DNA of 64,000 bases, from positions 145,769,741 through 145,833,740 of the forward strand of contig CM041465.1 in assembly GCA_023213395.1 (NCBI GenBank). The letters are read 5' to 3'. Made by a program: the position numbers and the translations under genes. The notes beneath the pieces were generated by a model. The model saw only the letters and a program-made list of their open reading frames with translations. It had not been told where the DNA came from and searched no databases. Positions 28,001 to 38,950 of the stretch are shown one piece after another (the first letter of the stretch is position 1; the number at the start of each line of letters is the position of its first letter). The stretch is from Cycas panzhihuaensis (lineage: Eukaryota; Plantae; Cycadophyta).

Positions 28001-31000
28001 CTTTTCATATCAAATACCGCTTTTTTGACTTCCTCTACAATAAAAGGGGCCAACGACAATCTATTCTGCTCCTCATTCACTAGTGTGGGAATGACATTAA
28101 TGAACTCCTTTCTAGCCTCTTCATCCTGACAACTTGCCTCATTGAACAACTCCTTAAAGTAGTCTATTGCTACATTTTTCAAATCCTCTCTTTCACTGAC
28201 TTCTTGTCCTTCTCTATTATACAACTTGCTAATCCTATTGCTAGCTCTATGTTTCACAGCTGTCATATGAAAAACATTTGTGTTTCTGTCTCCCTCAACC
28301 AGCTAGAGGGCTTTGGATTTTTGCTTCCAATGTATCTCCTCCTTTAACAACACCTCTTCCACATTTTTTATTAGATCTCTCTCCATATGATCCAACACCT
28401 GGGACTTGCCTTCCTCTTGAATCCTAGCCTCGACTGCTTTCAACTCCCTGAATAGATGGTTCTTAACTTCAAAGATGTCCCCATAGACTTCTTTATTCTG
28501 CTCTTTCAGTCTTCTTTTGACCCAGTCTAGTTTTTTTGAGAACCTATACATGGTGCATCCCCTTATCGGGATTTTCCACTATTCCTCAATCAACTCCCTG
28601 AGATCCCGGTGTCTTGTCCACATTAGTTCGAATCTAAACGACGCCCCCACATGCTTTTTGTTGTCAAAAAATTTGAACAGTAGGGGATAATGGTTTGACA
28701 TCATCCTTGGGAGGGCTTCCAGTCTGAAGTTCTTATGACAGTTGGTCTAGGCATAATTAATTAGTATTTTGTCTAATCTCACTTGGACATGATAATTCCC
28801 AATCCTCCTATTTGACCAAGTGAATTTGGCACCTTTGAGGGGTACATCCGTTAACCCCCCTCTATGCATAAAAGAACCTAGGTCAGTCATATTATTTGTC
28901 CATCCTTCTTGGTCGCCCTTCTTCTTGCCAGGAGATAAGGCAGTGTTAAAATTTCCTACAACCATCTAGGGCCCTTCCCAATCTTTGTGCTCCTCTAGGA
29001 TCTTATCCCAAAGAATCCTCCTACCTTCTACTTGGGTAGGGGTGTAGACATTTGCAGCCAGCCACCTGGAATTCGACCTCCTACAAGTGACCCTGATAGA
29101 CAGGTACTGCTCATCCATCTTGAATAGCTCTCCTTGCCACTCCTTAGGATTCCAAACTACTGCCAGACCCCCCAACCTAGGTTGGCCATCCACCATTAAC
29201 ATATCTGCCCTCCTCTAGATCTTATCTTTAATTCTTGCTCTGTTTTCCTTAGTCAATTTAGTTTCCTACAAGAATAATATGTCTGGCTTCAGTTTAATGC
29301 ATAGATCCTTCACTATTCATTGCTTTGAGGGGGCATTTATCCCCCTAATGTTCCAGGAGATGATCTTCATCTCTTTCTCCTAGTCCTTCAACTTTCCCCT
29401 CCTTCTTCTTTCTGGGGCTCTCTGCCCTCGTCCTTGGTTCTCAATTTTGGGCCCTCATAAACTCCCTCTTTAAGGGTTCTCTGACTCCCTTGATCTATTT
29501 GCGATGCTGCCTCTCTTTCCCTTATCATCCTAAGAGTGGGTCTACCCACTCTTCAATCAGATCCCACATCTGGGCCCCTATGTTGACTTGTCCCACTTTG
29601 ATCTTCCTGGAGATCCTTCCCTTTGACCTTCCAAATCAACTCAGCTCCCCCTGAAGCCTCCTGTGCTAGGGGTCCTAGTCTCTCCTCTGAACTTTCCTCT
29701 GCCTCCTAGGGCAAGTCATCCCTTTCGATCTGCCTCTCTTCCTTCCGAGTCTCTTCCCCTTCCTCGAAGAGTGTGTCATCTTCTTCCAGATTCATGTCGA
29801 TCCTTCCTATTACAGGTTCCTCAGTAGGCCTTCTTGCCTCACTTGGTTCTGGGCTATTTTGGTCTCTTTCATTTTAACAGTTTAAGGATCTTCTCCCTCC
29901 TGTCTCCCCAAATCATCCCTCCTTTCTCTTGGGTAGTTCTGTGGTAAATGGCCTAATCTTTTATAAGATGAGCACTTGATATTTTTCACTTCGTAGATCA
30001 AGGATTGCTCCTTGGTCTGCCCATCATATGCGATCCTCACACAGTCTGGAAGGGGTTGGTCAAACCTAGCTAGAACATAAATCTGGCATTGATCAGCGTA
30101 CTTCTGTTCTTAGTAGCTGAATTAATGGCCAATAGAGGTCCAATGGCCTTCGCTGCCCCTTTTATGATATCTAGATCCCATACTTGCAAGGGCAATCCTG
30201 GCATTTACACCTAAATTGGTGCCTACTTTATCACTAGCATCGACGAATCAAAGTTCGGGTGCCACTTTTCTAAAAATAGAGCCTTTCTACCAATCATCCA
30301 AGGGGACTTCAGAAGAATACTAACCATATCCTCTTGGTTAGCGAATTTGAACAAAACACAACCCCTTGAAACGCTGACAACTGAACTGAATTCCTAGTCT
30401 TCCACCTAGATCTAATCCAGGTTCTTAACATATCAAGTCCAGGCCTAGGTCCTGAGAACCTGCCCACCAGGCTGTTTTCCCAATGTTTTTCGATTCTCTC
30501 CAATATTTTCTTAGGTATAGGTATTGTAATGGTCTTATCGTGCTTGATAGGAGTAATGTCACAGATATCAGGTTCCTCATTTCTAAGAGCTTGCAGATAG
30601 GTCCTTCTTAGAGAGGAATTTAAAGTCTGCTTATGGATTCTGGTTTCTTCCTCCATTATTGTTTAACAAATATCACACACAACAACAAAACACCCCCATG
30701 CACAACTTGATAAAATTCATAGATCTCTCACCCGATAGATTTTGGTTCATTACCAGCCTTTGGTTTGAGAGCTCCTCTTGCAGAAGTCTGCCACCTTTGG
30801 CTCTGTATGCAACTCCTCCGAGCGCCGATGGATGTATTGCTCCCTGGCTGAGACTCTACTGATCACTGTCTTATCCATCCTTCCCCGCCATTGGATAAAT
30901 CATAACTGGGGGCTGCATTCCTTCGACCACCCCTTTGGAAAACCTGCGCCACCGCCTTTGTGCTTGTCGCACCTCTGTTTATCTTGTTTTGTTCACGGCT

Positions 31001-31202
31001 GAAGGCTTTCCATGGACCTTCAAACACAAAGAACTGTTGATCCTCCCATTTTCGGAAGACAGCCTACACCCTCGCACCCTTTTGGGGGCTCTCCACGACT
31101 CCCTTGATCGCTCCTACAGTTCACTATGTCAGCGCCACCGCCTTAAACCCTAGTAGAGTCGCGTGACGAAGCTCGCCAAAAAATCATCATGTTATCTTAG
31201 CA
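25053..31202 (-). mobile_element. Full-length decayed L1-clade LINE (ORF1; ORF2 APE endonuclease-RT-zf-RNase H)
   Basis: Poly(A) tail (T run at 25054); 14-bp TSD TGGGATTAGAGATA (25039-25052 / 31203-31216). ORF1 from ~30656; ORF2 ATG at 29370 (MKIISWNIRG); FRPISLCN, GLRQGDPISPYLF, QFVDD; RNase H KINFDGASKG...IEGDS. Confidence 0.95.
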
Positions 31203-32289
31203 TGGGATTAGAGATAGTTGCTCTTTATGAGAAATAAGGTTTAATAGGGGGGTCCAATGACAAGAGTAGAACTATATGAAGGAATTAATGTTGGAGAAGA
31301 GTGTTAATATTATGGAAGCTTGGAAGGTGGAGATGGATAAGACAAGGTTTTATAAGAGGGAAGAGCAAATATTGAATTAGGAGGTAGGGAGAGCGGAAAG
31401 TTTAGAATATCTTGTTGAGAGAATTCCCTAGGGTATGAAGAAACATGCCAGTGGTGAAGTGAGCTATGGTTGTCAAGAAGGACTAGGATTTGTCCTATGA
31501 AGAATTTGGAGTCAAGGAGCTTAGGCAACTATGGGATAATGGCAAGATAAATTCTTTACAACTATGCTACTGCTAGAATTAATGTTCATAGGAGGATGAG
31601 ATAAGGTGTGAGTCATCAAGGTTGATGGCACATGTCATAGGAATTATTAAAGTCCTAAATGGACTTATGTTAGGGCATTTACGGATTCTTTTATGGACCA
31701 TTCCTGATCCCAAGTACATATTAAGCGTGTAGCATATGTGTTGTAAACAATGGATTGGAGACCATTCTCAATAAATGAAAATCATCTTGTAGGTAGACTA
31801 ATTCTACTTGGTTTCATTCCATGTGTTTTCTGATGTTGTGAGTGTTTATAGGTTTCAATTTTCGATCCCATAATTTACATTTGGCATTGGGGGGGTTCTT
31901 TGCAGGTTGATAATTAATTTTTTAACTTGTAATGTTGGAGCCAATGTAGGTTTGCTTATAAAATTCTGCTAATTTGTTAGTTGTATTGTGAGTTTTATGT
32001 ATGGGTTGTTGGATAGTGTGTAAGAAAATCATTTGATGTGATAATTTATAGAGGTCTACTTCCAAGAGGCGTTGACAACCAATAAATAAAGGCACAAAGC
32101 CTTAGATGGTGAGAAGACACCATAAATTTTAAAATTGTAAGAATAATGCATGGCTATTTTGCACTTAGTACCAATTGTGTTTGCAAGTTGAGTCTCCAAT
32201 AGAGAAATAAAGGGAAAGGTGAATCTGTTAGGCCATATGCCTTCCTATTGCATTTGATAATAGAGTGCTAAGGCTTCCTCACAGGGCTC

Positions 32290-32491
32290 GGTTGTGACAT
32301 AACACAATGGAGTTGTAGAGGCACAATAGATGCAATTGTCAACGTAGCCAACAGGAACTTGCTCGGTGGAGGAGGCATAGATGGTGCCATACACATGGCC
32401 GCAAGACATCAATTATTGGTGGAATGTCACTCTCTTCCTGAGATAAGACCTAGGAGTATGGTGTGAACCAGGTGAGTGTCGTGCAACGCGT
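32290..32491 (+). pseudogene. Captured macrodomain (MacroD/YmdB-like ADP-ribose binding/hydrolase) gene fragment
   Basis: Translates [54 protein letters not shown]/(+1)[13 protein letters not shown], matching macrodomain motifs GDIT, DAIVNxAN, GGGGxDGAIH. Confidence 0.9.
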
Positions 32492-33168
32492 GGTGGCCAT
32501 TGTGTGTAGTTGCTTTTCTGTAAATCATATCACATAGGAGAAGAGTGAGACTGAACAAGCTGACTTAAATGACAAATGGCAAATGAAACGATGTTTATTA
32601 CAATGACATATCCTTTCCTTAATTAGTGGAAAGCCATCTCTAAGGAGGCTCATTGGCTTTCTTATCACCGAACACTTCAAATACAACGACATGTAGCACT
32701 AGCTCTGTATGTCATCTTTGACTCTGAGGAAAACCTCTGTGCAGTGTAAAAGAGTCGCAATAGGGACACAAAGGGTGTTGGTTAAATTTGCAGATTTGAA
32801 TGCATTGTTATGGACCCATGGTTGATGGGACATGGATAGGACATTATTTGTTATATTTTTAAGACTGTTAGTGAACGCCCAAGATACAGGTCGTAGAATC
32901 CTATTGTTGGCAGGAGAATATTAGCTGTTTTATCTCTGGATTATTCCTTTCTACAATTTTAAAGCACTCAAATGCAGGGACGGCCTCTTGGTGTTGAGAT
33001 CTAGCGAGAGTGCACAGACAGTGAGCAAACTAGTTGTCTTGGGATTTGTGGAGGGGCCTGATGTAAGCGGAGAAGAGGATGCTTTAAAGTTCAAGTTGCA
33101 GTTGACTTTGTTTGGGTAATGTTGCCGATGAAAAATCGAATGCACCATAACCAAGGATGATGCGCCAT

Positions 33169-36100
33169 TGTTGACTTATAATCCCCCTATTAAGATTATC
33201 TACTTGGTAAGGGTTAGAGGTTGATAGTTTAGTTTAGGATGAAGTCAACATGCTCATGTTTCCATTTATTATTATTAAAATCACTTTACACAGAGTATTG
33301 TAGGAATAAATCATTACATTACCATCATTATTTCATCACAACAGTACACAAACCACCATACATTACTCATATAATCATCATAACATGCATAGCACGTGAT
33401 ATTCTGTGTGACTCTTTACTTTATTAAGCAATATCACTAATACATTCAGTTTTGAAACATATCCTGCATACGTTACAACAGTATTCACAATGCACTATTA
33501 CATACGTTCCAGGATGGAATACAATAGAGAATGCATCTGCTGGATCATACACCCGTACTGCCTTGCTTGGATCTTTGCCTTTTGAATGTATCACATGACT
33601 CACTTGCTTGGCTTTTACCCTTGAGAATGTATCACAAGATTCATTGACTCGGCTCTTGCCCTTGAGAACATGCCATGGAATGAATGTTTGACTCTCACCA
33701 CTTGAATGGTGAGAAAAGTACCATTAAATACCCATGGTCATAACCATTCCCTTTCATAACACATGTACCTCTTCATTTAACACATGATTACAACCACTAA
33801 TCAATGTCTTTTTTATTCATATGTCCATATGTACATTCATCCTTGCTGATGTCATCAACTCTAGGCGCATTTGAGTTTGTTCTAGTCATGCATATCGTTT
33901 TGGTATGTTCCTATTTGCTAGTATACCTAAAAGGTACATATCCTGTGTTGCATACCCAAAAAGCATGTTTCTTGGTTCTTTTCACTAGATTCTTCTGTGC
34001 GTACCTTCGTACGGTCTACGTATGTACCATTTGAGTACGCACCCTGCCATGTGTTCTAGGGATCGTTCATGGGCCCATTCTAGTCATTTCTAGAACCGTC
34101 ATGGCCATTCTGGACCTATTTCTAATCATTTCCAGAGTTATTCTGGGCCCTTTTTTGGTCGTTTTTGGGCCTATTTTGACTATTTCTAGTTGTTTTGATC
34201 ATTTTATTCCCCAGCATCTATCTCGGGTCAACAAAAAATGGTTGAGCATCCTTGCTCAAAAATCCAAAATTTTGTGTTGTCTCTTTCTTCAAAATTTTGT
34301 ATTCTTCCTCCCCCGCTTTGCATCGAGGCTACTCTTATAGCCTTGGCTCCGATCCTCCATTATATTTACTTGCATTTTTAATAAATCCTCATTTACTGGT
34401 GCTTGTTTTTTTCCCGTTTTAGTTTTGGTCTCCTTTTTAAATATTTTGCCATATGCTTTTGTTTGTGATTTTGCTTAGGTGTATGATTGGAGTTATGGTT
34501 GTTTTTTCTATTTTTTGATTTCTTGTATACCTTTTTAATCATATATGGGCCTTTCCAATGTATCTTCAATTGTCCCTGGGGTGTTTGGGATTTGTTGTTG
34601 AATCGCCATAGTTGATCACCCTTCTTGAAATACAATGTCTTGATGTAGAGGTCATGCCTTGTCTTTTTTTGCCTTTTCCTTGGTGTGGTATGTTTTGTTG
34701 GTTTCTTCTTATGATCCCTTAATTTATCTTTCTCTTTTCCGCTATGACTTATAGTACTGTAACTCTCAGAATTGTTGTTATTATCCATGTCACTAAAAGA
34801 GAGTAAATTGTAACAAAAAGAAGGTGGGTCAACCTCATAAGATTCCTACATCCAATAATTTACAAATCTTTTTGTATCCTCTTTATTAGAAGAGCTGTCA
34901 AGGTGAAATTCTCTGTGATGATTAACCTCATACTTGTGTAGATTGTTCATGGTGTGTACTTCCTTTGTTGTTTGATACAAGTTCATTTCTTCGAATGTTA
35001 ATGATGTCTCATCACTAGCGATTGTTGTGCTCGAGGCATCATCTTGTACCACCTTAGTTGAATTTTTACCCAACATTGGGAGGACTACTTCACTTCCTCC
35101 ATTTGAAAGTGTGAATGGCACATCCCTCTAGCTTTGAAGACATTGTGTTTTGTATAGCCATGGTCTTCCCAACAACGTTGGATAAGGTATAACTCCTCTC
35201 TCTATTTCTACAATTGTAAAGTCGATTCGGACTGCAATTCCTACTATATTAACTTTAATGTTCTATAATTTCCCCATCGGTCTCACTAATAGCTCATTTG
35301 CTAACTTTAATGAGTAGGTTACAGTTCCCAACTTAGGGCTTCTTAATTTCCGCCAAGTTGTGGTGGGCAATACATTTACAATTGCTCCTCTGTCCACAAT
35401 CACTTTTGAGAAAATTTCACCCAATACCGTAATTGTAACCATAGGATCTACGTTGAACGAAGACATTATCTTCTTTAGGCTTTTCATGACTTCTTGTTGT
35501 TGCAATATCCCTGCCTTGATCCAGTCTATCACTTGGTATAGGGGAATCGTTAGTTGTAATTATTTCACTAGATTCTCCATTAATAACAACATTCGAGGAA
35601 TGTCTTCCACTGGGAAACCCTTGAATAATTTCTCCATTTGAACCAACTGGGGATGCATCTTCTGTTCCTTAGGTGTTTTCTCCTTTTGCTTGTTCTTCTT
35701 AGCATATACATACTTTGTCTTTGGTTTTCCCATTGGCAACATTGTTTCTGTTTCCAGTAGAGCAACTTTTTCCAATACTTGCTTCGCTTGCTTAAATCGA
35801 TCAATTTCCACTTTAGGGTTTAGGTAATCCTCACTTATTACCTCTTTACCATTTTGCTTGATTTATAGTTTGACATTTTTATTGTTCTCCAGAATGATTG
35901 TCATTAAATTGGTTGCTTTTGCTTTGCCCTTACAATCTTCAGTTTTATGATCACTTAGATCATAATTGCTACTCACAAAGGGTTTGTGTTCATACTTTTG
36001 TTTAGTCAGGCAATCCAACTTCCAATGGTCGTATTGTAAACAAATTAAACACCTTCCCATTAGCGGCTGCTTCTTCGTGATTTTTGGTGTGCTCCTTGTC

Positions 36101-38950
36101 GTATATACATTCCTAGACGGGTTGCTTCCTCTTCCCCAACCACGACCTTTGTACCTTCTTCCTCTAGGGTTATAAAAGCAATCTCGTGTGTTGTGACTAT
36201 CCATGTCACATATATGGCACTACTTGTCCTTTTTATGTATTGCACTATTCTTTGTGTTCAATTCACATTCTTTTGCTGTATGCAAACTTTCCTCGCATAT
36301 GCAACACCATTTCTCAATTCTCAATTCTTGATTTTTTTTCTTCTTAGTTTCTTCTTTCTCTTTCTTGTTCTTCATTTTCAACCTTGCCACTTCTTTCCTT
36401 AGGGCTTTGATTTTTGAATCTTCCTCCGACTTTCCCATTTGGCAAAGAGGTCGATTGTACTGATTCTGCTTCATTTACCTTATCTCTTCCTGTAACCTGA
36501 GTGATAAGGAATCATGCCCTCCAGCTTAGGCATCCATTTTAGCCTCAAAATCCAAGGTTAACTCCTGGGTATTATTGAAATATTTTAAGGGATGCACATG
36601 CATCATGGATCTCAGTTTTTCATTCAACCCTTTGACAAAAAAATTCATCATGTTGTGGTTTGTCACTATCTCGTTAATCATGTTGGCGTGATTATCTCGC
36701 ATTTAATCGATATAAGTTAATACTAATTCACTAGGTCTTTGTTTAATCTCCCTTAATGTGATTTCGACAACCTCATTGCTGCGAAATTTTTGAAAATTTT
36801 CTTCAAGGAACTTTTTTATATTTGCCCAAGATTCTGTTTGATCCACTTCTTTGTACCATGCCAATGGTACTCCCCTCAAAGTGCAAGCAAATCTTGCCTT
36901 TATCTCTTGCTCATCTGTAATTTTTTTCATATTAATCAAATTATGAAATCAGTACATTTGTTCAGTAGTATCAGATGTGTCATTGAATATTAACTTCCCA
37001 AATTCCTTGGAGTCGTCCATCCTTGGCAATTACATTGGTGTCCCTTCCAGTGATGGTGATCTTTCTTCCTCTGAGTCTAACTTTTTTGGGGATTCTGTTC
37101 CCTACTCTGGTGTACTTTCGTTTCCCTTTCCAAATAGGGGATTGTTAAATGGTGTCCGTGAATAAATGGTTTTAGGTATTGCCAATACCTAAACTGTTAA
37201 CGGTGTCACTAGTAGGGATGACTGCTTGGATCCATTTTTCGGCGAGTTCTCAAAGAACAATCTTGTTAACTTATTCTTCCAATATGCCGAGGGACCTTCC
37301 TCTACCTTTTCCTCATTATCACTTGGGTCCTTTGGGGTATCATTCACATTTATATGTTCCTCTTTCCCTAGGGTTTCTTTTTGATTTGTAATATCACTTT
37401 GTTGCAAATTCCCTTGTAATTTCTCCTCCTTTTCCAAGCTTATAAGGTCAGATTCAATTGGGGCAGGTGTTAGTACCATTTGCTCCCCATTTCTTTTCTT
37501 TCCTTGTTTTTGTTCTTGACGTGTCTGGGCTCCACTTGCCTTAGATTCTTCAATGGATTGTCCCTTAGTCTCGTTATTGTTCAGGCTTAATCTCCTTGTC
37601 CTTCTCAATTTAGATTCCTTTGACCATCGTAATGCCCTTTGTCTGCTTGATTCTTTTCCCTTAGGTGAAGTACCCTTCTGTGGCTCTCCCACCTTCGAAG
37701 GCCTCTTAGGCGACATTGGAAGGTCCCCTGGTTGTTGAAGGCTTAGTTATAGCCTGCCATTATGACTACAACCAAGGTTCCTTTTCCTTTGAACATACTC
37801 CCCTTGTGAAACTCTTGGCCCAATCCCTCCTCAGTGGACATAGGCAATGGAACCAATGTTGACTTATAATCTCCCTATTAAGATAATCCGCTTGTCAAGG
37901 GTCATAGGTTGATAGTCTAGTTTAGGATGAAGTCAACATGCTTGTGTTTCCACTTTTTATTATTAAAATCACTTTACACACAATATTGTAGGAATAAATC
38001 ATCATATTACCATCATTATTTCATCACAACAGTACATAAACCATCATACATTCCGCATATAATCATCATAACACGCATAGCACACGATATTCCACGTAAC
38101 TCTTTACTTTATTAAGCACTATCACTAATACATTTGGTTCTTGAACGTATACTTCACACTTTCTAGTAGTATTCACAATGCACTATTACATACGTTTCAA
38201 AATGGAATACAATAAGGAACACATCTGTTGGATCATACACCCATACTATCTTGCTTGGATCTTTGCCCTTGGAATGTATCATATGACTCACTTGCTTGAC
38301 TCTCATCCTTGAGAATGTATCACAAGATTCATTTACTCGGCTCTCACCCTTGAGAACATGCCTAGAATGAATGCTCGACTCTCACCGTTGGAGTGTTGAG
38401 AAAAGTACCATTAAATACCCATTTTGGTGCACTTTGGGTGAATGGTTATGACCCATGGTCATAACCATTCCCTTTCAGAACACATGTACCTTTTCACTCA
38501 ACACATGATTACAATCACTAATCAATGTCTTCTCTGTCCATATGTTCGTACGTACGTTCATCCTTGCTAATGTTATCAATTCTGGCTGCATTTGAGTTTG
38601 TTTTGGTTATGTGTACCATTTTGGTACATTCCTGTTTGCTAGCATACTTAAAAGGTACGTATCTTATGTTGTATACCCAAAAGGTATGTATCCTGTGTTG
38701 TGTACCCAAAAAGTACATTTCCTGGCTCTTTTCACTGGATTCTTCTTTGCATAGCTTTGTATGGTCTGCATATGTACCATTCAATATGCACCTTGTCATG
38801 CATTCCAGGGATTGTTTTTGGGCCCATTCTAGTTGTTTCTAGGACTGTTCTGGCCGTTTTAGACCCATTTTTGGTCGTTTTTAAATTGTTTTGGCTGTTT
38901 TGGGCCCGCTTTAATTGTTTTTGGCTGTTTGATCATTTTATTCCTCAACA
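33169..38950 (-). mobile_element. Non-autonomous gypsy-type gag+protease LTR element (TR-GAG-like), nested in the copia
   Basis: LTRs 33169-34216 and 37857-38950 (TGTTGA...CA); PBS TGGTTCCATTGCC. Gag (FACTLRGVPLAWY; several Cys/His knuckles), protease VIVDRGAIVN, then only the integrase tail HWKGPY. No clean TSD. Confidence 0.88.
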
